Assembly (NCBI GenBank): GCA_964646255.1
Contig: CAZYDI010000007.1
Location: 3,330-67,329, forward strand
Source: an uncultured Bacteroidales bacterium
Lineage (GTDB): Bacteria; Bacteroidota; Bacteroidia; Bacteroidales; UBA10428
Length of the DNA: 64,000 nucleotides
Direction: 5' to 3'
Shown: piece by piece, positions 1-9,684 of the stretch
Numbering within the stretch: the first letter of the stretch is position 1
Layout: each line of letters opens with the position of its first letter
The notes under the pieces: generated by a model
The model's input: only the letters and a program-made list of their open reading frames with translations
The model's database searches: none
Told to the model about the DNA's origin: nothing
Made by a program: the position numbers and the translations under genes

Positions 1-1394
1 TTCTTAACGGCATTCTGAACTCATTCAATCAACTAGCCAGGGAGAAAAAGATCAAATATACCATTATTGAGAATCCCGTAATTGCTGAAACATGGTTTGA
101 CCATGAAAAACTGGAAAACATCATCTACAACCTTGTTTCCAACGCCTTTAAATATACTCCTGAAAATGGGAGTATCTCCGCTTCTTTCGGGGTTGTGTCA
201 TCAGAGACAACGGACCATGACAATCAGGCTGAACAACCGGTGAATCAACTGGTGATAAGTATTTCCGATTCAGGAATAGGTATTCCAAAAGACCAGATTC
301 AGAATATTTTCAGGCGTTTTTACAGGGTGAGCAACAATGCAACATTAAAGGCACGAGGATCGGGCCTGGGTTTATCGCTTACAAGGGAACTGGTTAAAGC
401 ACACCATGGCAGTATTTTTGTTGACAGTGCTGTGGGAAAGGGTTCGACATTTACGGTGCATCTGCCCTGCGATAAAGCATATTACGGAATGGATGAAACC
501 GATACCGATAGTGGATTCTTACCTGAAGTCACAAAATTCCGAACCGATTACCTTGTTGAAGAGGTAAGGGCAGAAGATAAAGCCGGCTCAAAGCATGACA
601 TAAATAAAAGCACAGATAAGCCGTTGATACTTATTGTGGAAGACAATCAGGACCTTCGGCATTTTATTTCCATAAACCTGAGGAGTAAATATCAGATACT
701 GGAAGCGAACAATGGAAAACAAGGCTATGAAACGGCCAAACGTTTCTCACCACATTTGATTATCAGTGATATCATGATGCCGGAGATGGATGGCCTTGAA
801 TTGTGCACCCGAATCAAGGAAAATATAATTACCAGTCATATCCCGGTTTTGCTGCTGACGGCAAGAACTACAGTGGAGAATTGGATTGAAGGGCTGGAGA
901 GTGGTGCAGATGACTACATCCCCAAGCCGTTTAATTTATCCATTCTTGAAGCCAAAATCTTCTCAACCATTCAGAATCGCCAAAAACTCAGAAAGCTCTT
1001 TCTTTCAAAACTCAATGCTGAACCCAAAGAGGTGGTTACTACCTCCATGGATGAGAAGTTCCTCAGGAAGGCGGTAGAAGTGGTTGAAAGCAATTATACC
1101 GACTCCTCATTCTGTGTTGAGGTATTTATTGAAAAAATGGCAGTAAGCCGTAGCCTTTTGCATAAAAAACTATCTGCCATAGTGGATCAGTCTGCTGGTG
1201 ATTTCATTACCCATATCAGGCTAAAGAAATCAGCTGAACTGCTGAAAAACCGAACCCACAATATATCAGAAATAGCGTACCAGGTCGGCTTTAATGATCC
1301 CAAATATTTCTCCAGGATCTTCAGGAAAACTTATGGGATCACCCCCACTGAATATGCTGAGGGTAAATTGCCTGTAACAATGGATGATAATTGA
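1..1394 (+). CDS. Hybrid two-component system (HTCS) sensor kinase/response regulator with AraC-type HTH; C-terminal portion, 5' end outside the window
   Basis: The frame of ORF 195..1394 stays open back to base 3 (LNGILNSFNQLAREKKIKYTIIENP...), so the gene enters from upstream and the GTG at 195 is internal. HATPase_c boxes: ISISDSGIGIP, GSGLGLSLTRELVKAHHG. Receiver domain: LILIVEDNQDLRHF...SDIMMPEMDGLEL...VLLLTA...KPF. C-terminal AraC HTH: ISEIAYQVGFNDPKYFSRIFRKTYGITPTEY. Confidence 0.9.
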   Translation, partial: LNGILNSFNQLAREKKIKYTIIENPVIAETWFDHEKLENIIYNLVSNAFKYTPENGSISASFGVVSSETTDHDNQAEQPVNQLVISISDSGIGIPKDQIQNIFRRFYRVSNNATLKARGSGLGLSLTRELVKAHHGSIFVDSAVGKGSTFTVHLPCDKAYYGMDETDTDSGFLPEVTKFRTDYLVEEVRAEDKAGSKHDINKSTDKPLILIVEDNQDLRHFISINLRSKYQILEANNGKQGYETAKRFSPHLIISDIMMPEMDGLELCTRIKENIITSHIPVLLLTARTTVENWIEGLESGADDYIPKPFNLSILEAKIFSTIQNRQKLRKLFLSKLNAEPKEVVTTSMDEKFLRKAVEVVESNYTDSSFCVEVFIEKMAVSRSLLHKKLSAIVDQSAGDFITHIRLKKSAELLKNRTHNISEIAYQVGFNDPKYFSRIFRKTYGITPTEYAEGKLPVTMDDN

Positions 1395-1619
1395 CCGGTG
1401 CAAATTTGTCCGCCTTTTATAGCTATATGTCCACCCGAATTGACCCTAATCCATATACTTTTAATATTGTGAATTTGATTTGAGCCTGAAAAAATCTATC
1501 GGCATGGCAATGCATAGTTAACGCCTCCTCAATTCAATTGAATTTGAATTTTGGATTTAGAAAGGATCCTTTTTAGTCTCGGTCATAGTTGAGTTTTTTG
1601 GTTGGTGTTAATGAGTAAA

Positions 1620-1646
1620 AAGCGCCGGTAATTTTTACCGGCGCTT
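1620..1646. terminator. Perfect 12-bp stem / 3-nt loop hairpin (AAGCGCCGGTAA ttt TTACCGGCGCTT) between the HTCS gene and GH51
   Basis: Read directly. Flanked by an A-run on the left and TTATTG on the right, so it could act bidirectionally. Lies 225 nt after the HTCS stop and about 80 nt before the GH51 ATG. Confidence 0.45.
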
Positions 1647-1728
1647 ATTGCCGGATCAATGAAATGGAATCGTAAATGGGGATAATTAGTTGTTTTGGAA
1701 CCAATTAATAATTTAAAGCGTGTTTAAT

Positions 1729-3708
1729 ATGATAAAGAAATCTGCAACAGGGGGATTAATGGTGTTTCTATGTGCCGCTTGCATAAGTCTGTCTGCTCAA
1801 AATATCAAGCCTGTTATGGTTAATGTTGATAAACCCATAGCTGAAATTCAGCCTACCATGTGGGGCATTTTCTTTGAAGATATAAATTTTGGCGGTGATG
1901 GGGGTATTTATGCTGAACTGATCAAAAACAGGTCATTTGAGTTTTACAAACCCCGGATGGGTTGGAGCATTGGCATGGATGATAAGGATTCATCCCATTT
2001 TATAATAATGAACAGGGGTGACAAAAATACCGGTAATCCGAGGTATGCAAGGATTTCTGTGGATGGTCCGGGCAAGCCTGTACGCCTTACCAATAACGGT
2101 TTCAGGGGTATTGGTGTCAAACAGGGCCTTGATTACCACTTTTCCATTATGGCTTCCGTCCAGGGGAATTCCAGGCTCAGTATCCGTGTCGAACTTATTG
2201 GCAGTGACGGCAATAAACTGGGAGAAACCAGCATTGCACCTGCAGGTGACTGGAAAAAGTATGAAGCGACCTTTACATCATCAGCAACCGATTTAAAGGC
2301 ACGCCTTAACATCTGGTTTGAGGGTGAGGGCATAATTGATGTGGACATGATCTCTCTTTTCCCGGGCGATACATGGAAGAACAGGACGGGCGGATTAAGG
2401 GCTGACCTGGTACAATTGCTGGCTGATTTAAAGCCCGGCTTCCTGAGGTTTCCGGGGGGATGTATTGTTGAAGGCCATGATCTGAGCGTTCGCTATCAAT
2501 GGAAGAAGACCATTGGAAACATTGAGGACCGTGAATTAATTGTGAACCGCTGGAATACTGAATTTGCGCACAGGCTGACGCCCGATTACTACCAATCGTT
2601 TGGCCTCGGGTTCTTTGAATACTTCCAGCTGGCTGAGGATATTGGAGCAACACCGCTTCCCATTCTCAATTGCGGAATGGCATGCCAGTTCAACACCGCT
2701 GAACTTGTTCCCCTTGATCAGCTGGATCCTTATATCCAGGATGCCCTTGACCTGATTGAATTTGCCAATGGCCCTGAAACTTCTGAATGGGGAAAAATCA
2801 GGGCCCGGATGGGTCATCCTGCGCCCTTTAATATGAAATACCTTGGTATTGGCAATGAGCAATGGGGTCCTCAGTATTTTGAAAGGTACGCGCTTTTTGA
2901 AAAAGCAATCAAAGCAAAGTACCCCGAAATTGTTCTGATTTCAAGTGCTGGTCCGCAGCCCGATGGTGACTTATTTGATTTTGCCACGGAAGCACTTAAA
3001 AACACCAATGCCGAAATCGTTGATGAGCACTATTACCGGCCACCGGTCTGGTTCAGGGAAAATGCAAAGCGCTATGACAATTATGATCGCAACGGATATA
3101 AAATATTTGCAGGCGAATATGCTGCCCAGAGCGTGGGCGTGGCAAGTCCTCTGAACAAGAACAACTGGGATTGCGCACTGTCAGAAGCAGCTTTTATGAC
3201 AGGCCTTGAGAGGAATGCCGATGTTGTTGTGATGACTTCCTATGCACCATTGTTTGCCCATGTAGATGGATGGCAGTGGACGCCCGACCTTATCTGGTAT
3301 GACAACCTTTCTTCATTTGGTACGGCCAATTATTATGTGCAAAAATTGTTTGCCGTGAACAAGGGTGATTTCGTGCTGTCTATGCAGCGCAACAACATGC
3401 CCCTGACCGGCGAAGATGGAATTTATGCTTCAGCAGCACTGGATAAGAAATCAAACGAAATCATTCTCAAAATTGTCAACACCACAGATAAAATTCAAAA
3501 CCAGGAAATTGTGCTGAATACTGCACGAAAAGTTAATCCGGCTGCGCGCCTTACAGTGTTGAAGCATGATTCACCCGATGCAATGAATAGCATTGATAAT
3601 CCTGCAGCCATAAGTCCTGTTGAGAAACAGCTCTCCATTAAGGGTCGCAAGCTTAGCCTTGCTCTTGAGTCATCTTCATTATCGGTAGTGAGAATAAAAC
3701 TAAAGTAA
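1729..3708 (+). CDS. GH51 alpha-L-arabinofuranosidase (secreted)
   Basis: The ATG at 1729 precedes a signal peptide (MIKKSATGGLMVFLCAACISLSAQ). GH51-type motifs: IYAELIKNRSFE, LRFPGGCIVEG, acid/base region KYLGIGNEQWG, SYAPLF. Sits in an arabinose locus. Confidence 0.85.
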   Translation: MIKKSATGGLMVFLCAACISLSAQNIKPVMVNVDKPIAEIQPTMWGIFFEDINFGGDGGIYAELIKNRSFEFYKPRMGWSIGMDDKDSSHFIIMNRGDKNTGNPRYARISVDGPGKPVRLTNNGFRGIGVKQGLDYHFSIMASVQGNSRLSIRVELIGSDGNKLGETSIAPAGDWKKYEATFTSSATDLKARLNIWFEGEGIIDVDMISLFPGDTWKNRTGGLRADLVQLLADLKPGFLRFPGGCIVEGHDLSVRYQWKKTIGNIEDRELIVNRWNTEFAHRLTPDYYQSFGLGFFEYFQLAEDIGATPLPILNCGMACQFNTAELVPLDQLDPYIQDALDLIEFANGPETSEWGKIRARMGHPAPFNMKYLGIGNEQWGPQYFERYALFEKAIKAKYPEIVLISSAGPQPDGDLFDFATEALKNTNAEIVDEHYYRPPVWFRENAKRYDNYDRNGYKIFAGEYAAQSVGVASPLNKNNWDCALSEAAFMTGLERNADVVVMTSYAPLFAHVDGWQWTPDLIWYDNLSSFGTANYYVQKLFAVNKGDFVLSMQRNNMPLTGEDGIYASAALDKKSNEIILKIVNTTDKIQNQEIVLNTARKVNPAARLTVLKHDSPDAMNSIDNPAAISPVEKQLSIKGRKLSLALESSSLSVVRIKLK

Positions 3709-3717
3709 TTGTTGTAT

Positions 3718-4695
3718 ATGAAAACCAGGAAATCATTCTTGCTGGTCATATGCCTGGCCATATACGTTTCCTGCTCATCACAGGCACCAACGGTGCATGA
3801 TCCTGTATTGATCAGGGAGGGTGATACCTGGTATCTGTTTTGCACCGGGATGGGAATTTCATGCTTGTCATCCAATGACCTGGTAAACTGGAAACAGGAA
3901 AGGCCGGTTTTTGATAAGCCACCTTCATGGGCAGTAAACGATGTGCCTGGTTTCAGGGGGCATATCTGGGCACCGGACATTTCTTTTCATCATAACCGGT
4001 ACTACCTTTATTATTCAGTTTCAGCTTTCGGAAAAAATACTTCATGTATCGGCCTGGCTACGAATGTTACCCTTGATCAATCATCGCCTGATTATCAGTG
4101 GATCGATCATGGCAAGGTAATTCAGTCGGTTCCCGAAAGGGATTTCTGGAATGCCATCGATCCCAATTTAATTGTTGATGAACAAGGCACAGGCTGGCTG
4201 AATTTCGGCTCTTTCTGGGGAGGAATTAAGATGGTTAAATTGAACAGCGATTATACCGGGGTAAGTCATCCTGAAGAGTGGTACACGTTGTCGAAGCGTC
4301 CGAGGGACAATGGGCTCGAAGATAGTGATCCGGGAAATGGCGCTGTGGAAGCCCCTTTTGTAATCAAAAGGGGTAGCTATTATTATTTATTCGTTTCGTA
4401 TGACTATTGTTGTCGTGGTCTTCAAAGCAATTATTACGTAGTTGCCGGACGTGCCACTGATGTCAGGGGACCATTTCTGGACAGAGAAGGAAACAGGCTT
4501 ACGGCCGGTGGCGGTACTGTTGTTTGCAAAGGCAATGATCAATGGGCGGGCGTTGGCCACAATGGAATATGCTCCTTTAATGGAACCGAATATATGGTTT
4601 TACATGGGTACAGCATTGCCGACAATGGTAAGCCAAAGCTGATTGTTCGCCCCATTAAATGGACAGAGGACGGCTGGCCCGAAATAGCACTTTAA
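3718..4695 (+). CDS. GH43 arabinan endo-1,5-alpha-L-arabinosidase-like (secreted/lipoprotein)
   Basis: ATG at 3718, 10 nt after the GH51 stop. Signal MKTRKSFLLVICLAIYVSCSS. GH43 propeller motifs: VHDPVLIREGDTWYLFCTG, IWAPDISFHHNRYYLYYSVS, AVEAPFVIKRGSYYYLFVSYD. Size about 325 aa, as for single-domain endo-arabinanases. Confidence 0.8.
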   Translation: MKTRKSFLLVICLAIYVSCSSQAPTVHDPVLIREGDTWYLFCTGMGISCLSSNDLVNWKQERPVFDKPPSWAVNDVPGFRGHIWAPDISFHHNRYYLYYSVSAFGKNTSCIGLATNVTLDQSSPDYQWIDHGKVIQSVPERDFWNAIDPNLIVDEQGTGWLNFGSFWGGIKMVKLNSDYTGVSHPEEWYTLSKRPRDNGLEDSDPGNGAVEAPFVIKRGSYYYLFVSYDYCCRGLQSNYYVVAGRATDVRGPFLDREGNRLTAGGGTVVCKGNDQWAGVGHNGICSFNGTEYMVLHGYSIADNGKPKLIVRPIKWTEDGWPEIAL

Positions 4696-4740
4696 CCTCC
4701 ACTTTTTTTCTATTAATGGTTAAAATTGAGTACAATGAGT

Positions 4741-4765
4741 ATAAAAAGTAAAAAATACTTTTTAT
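4741..4765. promoter_or_regulatory. Perfect 10-bp inverted repeat ATAAAAAGTA-N5-TACTTTTTAT; candidate operator upstream of araR
   Basis: Read directly. The right arm overlaps the predicted -7 box. A TGAGTA direct repeat precedes it (4727-4732 and 4736-4741). Confidence 0.35.
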
Positions 4766-4770
4766 ATTTG
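4763..4770 (+). promoter_or_regulatory. Bacteroidota-type -7 promoter box TATATTTG (consensus TAnnTTTG)
   Basis: Exact match to TAnnTTTG, ending 22 nt upstream of the araR ATG at 4793. Confidence 0.45.
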
Positions 4771-4792
4771 ATGTAACAACGGAATATCCATA

Positions 4793-5479
4793 ATGAAGAA
4801 AAATATTTACGATTCTTTTGATCAATGCTATGTGGCGGTAGATTGCGTAATATTTGGTTATGCTGACGAGGAGCTGAAAGTACTGTTATATCACCGGAGT
4901 TTTGAGCCATCAGCGGGTAAATGGTCGCTGCTGGGAGGTTTCGTTGGTGTTCATGAAACCCTGGGTGATGCTGCCCGAAGGGTATTATTTGATACCACGG
5001 GCCTGCAAAATATTTACCAGGAGCAGGTTCATGCCTTTTCAAAACCAGGCAGGGATCCCGCAGGCAGGGTAATAAGCGTGGCTTATTATGCGCTTATCCG
5101 GATCGATTTGCAGGATCAGGAACTTATAAACGCTCATGGCGCTCAATGGTGGCCTGTTTCGGATCTTCCGGAACTGATTTTTGACCATGCTGAAATGATT
5201 CGTGATTCATTGTTACGGTTGCAGCAAAAGGCCAATGCCGATCTGTTGGGAAGCGAATTACTGGGAGACACCTTTACGCTTACAAATCTCAAAAAGCTTT
5301 ATGAAGCGATATTCCAGCAGGAACTTGACTCCGGAAATTTCAGAAAAAAAGTTCTTGCCATGAATGTTTTGCAAAACACAGGAATAAAGGATAAGAGCGA
5401 TTCAAAGAAAGGTTCTTTCCTTTACAAGTATATGCCTTTAAACAAGATTTCGTTGAAGACGCTTAAGAAAATTAACTGA
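4793..5479 (+). CDS. araR: NrtR-family (Nudix-like domain + winged HTH) transcriptional regulator, AraR-type
   Basis: The Nudix fold has a degenerate Nudix box: GFVGVHETLGDAARRVLFDTTGL, where REUxEE is replaced by RVLFDT. This suggests ligand sensing rather than catalysis. A C-terminal wHTH-like part follows. Position between arabinan glycosidases and araBDA matches the described Bacteroides AraR locus. Confidence 0.75.
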   Translation: MKKNIYDSFDQCYVAVDCVIFGYADEELKVLLYHRSFEPSAGKWSLLGGFVGVHETLGDAARRVLFDTTGLQNIYQEQVHAFSKPGRDPAGRVISVAYYALIRIDLQDQELINAHGAQWWPVSDLPELIFDHAEMIRDSLLRLQQKANADLLGSELLGDTFTLTNLKKLYEAIFQQELDSGNFRKKVLAMNVLQNTGIKDKSDSKKGSFLYKYMPLNKISLKTLKKIN

Positions 5480-5498
5480 AATTAATAAACATTAATCA

Positions 5499-7244
5499 AT
5501 GGACTGGAAGTCACAAGAATTCATTTGGCTGGACTGGACTGTTATGGCGGTCGGTATTCTGGCTATAGTATGGGCCATATGGCATTCGATACAAAAGCAT
5601 AAACGTCAGCTTAAGGGTGCTGACAGCGAGGATTACCTGTTTGGTAAAGGTGAGCCATGGTACATAATCGGGGCAGCAATTTTTGCTGCAAACATAGGCT
5701 CTGAACATCTTGTAGGACTTGCCGGTACAGGTGCAAAAGCAGGAGTTGGAATGGCCCACTGGGAGATGCAGGGATGGATGATCCTTATCCTGGGCTGGCT
5801 CTTTGTTCCATTTTATCAATTGATGAACAACAAGCTGGGAAAGATTATAACGATGCCCGATTTCCTGAAAAACCGCTATACACCACGTACGGGTTCATGG
5901 CTATCGATTATTACGCTTATAGCTTACGTGCTCACCAAAGTTAGTGTTACTGCCTTTACGGGTGGTATCTTCATGGAGAGCCTTCTTGGCCTTCCTTTCT
6001 GGTATGGCGCTATCGGGTTGATTGTATTGACAGGGATATTTACTGTCCTTGGCGGTATGAAAGGGGTAATGACACTATCGGCGATTCAAACGCCCATACT
6101 TATCCTCGGATCATTCCTTGTACTTTTCCTTGGATTGTCGGCACTAGGCGAAGGCAGTATTGCACAGGGCTGGGCAACAATGATTGAATTCTCCAAAACC
6201 CTCAACGTGGGAACCGACGGTGTTGCCTATGGTACAAACCACATGTTCCATTTTGAGAAAGGCGATCCGCTCTATGGTGAGTATCCGGGTTTCTGGGTAT
6301 TTATAGGCGCTTCCATCATTGGATTTTGGTACTGGGCTACTGACCAGCACATCGTACAGCGTGTACTCGGACAGCGGAAAGGCGAACCCAGCGACGAAGT
6401 TATGAAGCGCGCCCGCAGAGGTACTATTGCTGCCGGTTATTTCAAATTATTGCCTGTATTTATGTTCCTGATTCCGGGTATGATAGCCGCTGCTTTGTCA
6501 GCCCGTGCCGGAAGTGGTTTTACATTGGATAATCCTGATACAGCCTTTGGCTCAATGGTTAAGTTTGTATTGCCTGCCGGCGTAAAAGGCATTGTAACCA
6601 TTGGTTTTATCTCGGCACTTGTGGCATCACTGGCAGCTTTCTTTAATTCCTGTGCGACCCTGTATACAGAGGATTTCTACAAACCAATGTTCAAGGGCAA
6701 AACAGAGGCCCAGTATGTTTTGGTAGGACGAATAGCAACGATAGCTGTGGTGATACTTGGTATTGTCTGGATACCCGTTATGATGAGCCTTGGCAGCCTT
6801 TATTCTTATTTGCAGGGCATTCAATCGTTGCTTGCTCCTGCTATGGTAGCCGTTTTTGTGCTGGGTATTTTTTCAAAGAAAATTACACCCAAAGCCGGCG
6901 AATATGGTTTAATCATAGGCTTTTTAATTGGAATGGTCCGCCTGCTTACCAACATATTCACAAATACTGGTAAAGATGTAATGACGGGCTGGTTATGGGA
7001 GTCTACCCAGTGGTTCTGGCAAACCAACTGGCTTATCTTTGAGATATGGTTGCTTGTCTTCATCATGTTGTTTATGGCTTTTGTTTCATTTTTTACTGCC
7101 AAACCAACAGCAAAACAAGTAGAGTTTGTCACTTTCACAAGCGACTATAAAGCCCTCATCAGGCAGAGCTGGAACAAGTGGGATGTAATTGCTTCGCTTG
7201 GGGTGGTAGCATTCTGTGTTGCATTCTATATTTATTTCTGGTAA
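5499..7244 (+). CDS. Sodium:solute symporter family (SGLT-like) sugar transporter, probable L-arabinose importer
   Basis: 581 aa with many hydrophobic segments. SSF motifs IIGAAIFAANIGSEHLVGLAG and GFWYWATDQHIVQRVLG. The substrate is inferred only from context between araR and araB. Confidence 0.8.
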   Translation: MDWKSQEFIWLDWTVMAVGILAIVWAIWHSIQKHKRQLKGADSEDYLFGKGEPWYIIGAAIFAANIGSEHLVGLAGTGAKAGVGMAHWEMQGWMILILGWLFVPFYQLMNNKLGKIITMPDFLKNRYTPRTGSWLSIITLIAYVLTKVSVTAFTGGIFMESLLGLPFWYGAIGLIVLTGIFTVLGGMKGVMTLSAIQTPILILGSFLVLFLGLSALGEGSIAQGWATMIEFSKTLNVGTDGVAYGTNHMFHFEKGDPLYGEYPGFWVFIGASIIGFWYWATDQHIVQRVLGQRKGEPSDEVMKRARRGTIAAGYFKLLPVFMFLIPGMIAAALSARAGSGFTLDNPDTAFGSMVKFVLPAGVKGIVTIGFISALVASLAAFFNSCATLYTEDFYKPMFKGKTEAQYVLVGRIATIAVVILGIVWIPVMMSLGSLYSYLQGIQSLLAPAMVAVFVLGIFSKKITPKAGEYGLIIGFLIGMVRLLTNIFTNTGKDVMTGWLWESTQWFWQTNWLIFEIWLLVFIMLFMAFVSFFTAKPTAKQVEFVTFTSDYKALIRQSWNKWDVIASLGVVAFCVAFYIYFW

Positions 7245-7274
7245 AAAATAACGAACAGTTAAAAAATCGCCATC

Positions 7275-8948
7275 ATGTCGAAATATGTAATAGGAGTTGA
7301 TTATGGAACTGACTCGGTGAGATCGCTCATTGTAGATGCATCAAATGGTAAAGAAATTGCTGGAGATGTATTTTATTATCCCCGTTGGAAAGCAGGAAAA
7401 TACTGCAATCCGGCAATCAACCAATTCAGGCAGCATCCGCTTGATTATACGGAGGGTCTTGAAACAACCATTAAAAATGCCCTTGCAAAATGCCCGCCCG
7501 ATGTAGCTGCCAATGTTGTTGCCATTTCGGTTGATACAACCGGATCAACACCCATCGCTGTGGATCAGCAGGGAGTGCCCCTTTCACTTAAGCCTGGTTT
7601 TGAGGAGAATCCCAATGCCATGTTTGTGCTGTGGAAAGATCACACCGCAACCAGGGAAGCCGATGAAATAAATGCTTTGTCAAGGACCTGGGGTGGAACT
7701 GACTATACAAAATTTGAAGGAGGTATTTATTCCTCCGAATGGTTCTGGGCCAAAGTGCTGCATGTTTTAAGGTCCGATGAAAAAGTACGCAGAGAAGCTT
7801 TCTCCTGGGTAGAGCATTGCGACTGGATTCCGGCGTTACTGTCGGGTAACACTGACCCTTTAACCATAAAGCGAAGCCGTTGTGCGGCAGGGCATAAGGC
7901 CATGTGGCATCCGGATTTCGGAGGCTTGCCTCCGGAAGAGTATCTTGTTAAACTCGATCCTGTGTTAAAGGGTATCCGAGAGCGGTTATTCACCGAAACC
8001 TATACCTGTGATGTTAAAGTTGGCACACTTTCGCCCGAATGGGCAGCCAGGCTTGGCCTGAGTGAATCAACCGCCATAGGTGCCGGTTCTTTCGATGCGC
8101 ACCTTGGTGCTATTGGCGGCGAAATTAAGCCATATTACCTGAGCAAGGTAATGGGCACATCAACATGCGATATGCTGATAGCGCCCATGAATGATATGGA
8201 AGGAAAGCTCATCAATGGCATTTGCGGACAGGTTGACGGATCAATCATTCCCGGAATGCTCGGCATGGAAGCAGGGCAGTCAGCCTTTGGCGACATATAT
8301 GCATGGTTCAGCAAGCTGTTGTTATGGCCTGTGCAGGAATTAATGGGAAAGACAAATATGGTTGATGAAGCCACCAAAAATAAGCTTATCGAGGAAATAA
8401 GCAGCCGGATCATTCCGGAACTATCGGAAAGAGCAGCAGCAATTCCTCCCGGTGAATCCGGTATTGTCGCACTTGATTGGATGAACGGTCGCAGAACACC
8501 GGATGCTGATCAGAACCTGAAAGGTGCGATTTTCGGACTTACCCTGGGTTCAGATGCTCCCCGTATCTTCCGGGCTCTGGTGGAAGCCACTGCTTTTGGC
8601 GCCAGAAAAATTGTCGATCGTTTTATCAATGAGGGCGTGAGGATTGATGGTGTTGTTGCCCTGGGAGGTGTTGCCAAGAAATCACCTTTTGTTATGCAGG
8701 TGGTTTGTGATGTGCTTAATATGAAGATTCTCGTGGCACGCAGCGAACAGGCATGTGCTCTGGGCTCGGCAATGGCAGCAGCCACGGTGGCAGGAATTTA
8801 TCCGTCGGTACTTGACGCCCAAAGCGCCATGGGCAATGGCTATGAAACCGAATATACACCAAACAAGCAGAGTGCTGCCATTTATGCTGAATTATATAAG
8901 AAATACAATGAAGCAGGCACTTTTGTAGAAACATATTCAAACAGGTAG
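7275..8948 (+). CDS. araB: Ribulokinase (FGGY family)
   Basis: YVIGVDYGTDSVRSLIV N-terminus. 557 aa. FGGY C-terminal VALGGVAKKSPFVMQV. Adjacent to araD and araA. Confidence 0.93.
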   Translation: MSKYVIGVDYGTDSVRSLIVDASNGKEIAGDVFYYPRWKAGKYCNPAINQFRQHPLDYTEGLETTIKNALAKCPPDVAANVVAISVDTTGSTPIAVDQQGVPLSLKPGFEENPNAMFVLWKDHTATREADEINALSRTWGGTDYTKFEGGIYSSEWFWAKVLHVLRSDEKVRREAFSWVEHCDWIPALLSGNTDPLTIKRSRCAAGHKAMWHPDFGGLPPEEYLVKLDPVLKGIRERLFTETYTCDVKVGTLSPEWAARLGLSESTAIGAGSFDAHLGAIGGEIKPYYLSKVMGTSTCDMLIAPMNDMEGKLINGICGQVDGSIIPGMLGMEAGQSAFGDIYAWFSKLLLWPVQELMGKTNMVDEATKNKLIEEISSRIIPELSERAAAIPPGESGIVALDWMNGRRTPDADQNLKGAIFGLTLGSDAPRIFRALVEATAFGARKIVDRFINEGVRIDGVVALGGVAKKSPFVMQVVCDVLNMKILVARSEQACALGSAMAAATVAGIYPSVLDAQSAMGNGYETEYTPNKQSAAIYAELYKKYNEAGTFVETYSNR

Positions 8949-8952
8949 GATT

Positions 8953-9654
8953 ATGGATAAGTATGCTCAACTTAGGCAGTCGGCCTATGATGCAAATATG
9001 CAATTGCCTGAACTGGGGCTTGTGATTTTTACCTTTGGCAATGTAAGCGTGGCCGACAGGGATTCGGGGGTATTTGCCATTAAGCCCAGCGGAGTTCCTT
9101 ACAAAAATCTGACACCTGAAAACATGGTTATAATTGATTTTGATGGTAAAGTGCTGAATGGAAAATTAAGGCCTTCTTCTGATACCCTTACCCATGCAGT
9201 TTTGTACAAGCAATTTGCCAGGATTAATTCAATTGTACATACACATTCAACTTACGCCACAGCATGGGCGCAGAGTCTGCGCGACATACCCCTGTTCGGG
9301 ACTACCCACGCCGACCATCTCACTACCGATATACCATGTTGTCCGCCAATGGAGGACAATATGATCAAAGGGAATTATGAACTTGAAACCGGTAATCAGA
9401 TTGTAAACCATCTTAAATGGAAAAACTTAAACTATGAGGAAGTTGAGATGATTTTGGTTGGCAATCATGGTCCGTTTTCATGGGGGTCTTCTCCGGAAAA
9501 AGCTGTCTATAACAGTGCAGTGCTTGAAGAATTAGCAAAGATGGCCTGCCTGACGGAACGAATTAATCCGGATGTTAAGCGCATGAAAGATTCGCTGATT
9601 AAGAAGCATTATGAGCGAAAACATGGTCCGGGCTCTTATTACGGACAGCAATAA
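8953..9654 (+). CDS. araD: L-ribulose-5-phosphate 4-epimerase (class II aldolase fold)
   Basis: FTFGNVSVADRDSGVFAIKPSGVPY, VHTHSTYATAWAQ, GNHGPFSWG. 233 aa. Starts 5 nt after the araB stop. Confidence 0.93.
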   Translation: MDKYAQLRQSAYDANMQLPELGLVIFTFGNVSVADRDSGVFAIKPSGVPYKNLTPENMVIIDFDGKVLNGKLRPSSDTLTHAVLYKQFARINSIVHTHSTYATAWAQSLRDIPLFGTTHADHLTTDIPCCPPMEDNMIKGNYELETGNQIVNHLKWKNLNYEEVEMILVGNHGPFSWGSSPEKAVYNSAVLEELAKMACLTERINPDVKRMKDSLIKKHYERKHGPGSYYGQQ

Positions 9655-9684
9655 GCATAGTAAAAACATTTAAAATTGAATACA

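Noticed and set aside
195-197. GTG at 195, listed as the start of the first ORF.
   Set aside because: The reading frame is open back to base 3. The upstream residues continue a histidine-kinase ATPase domain (N-box-like IIYNLVSNAFKYT), so the gene is truncated by the window edge.
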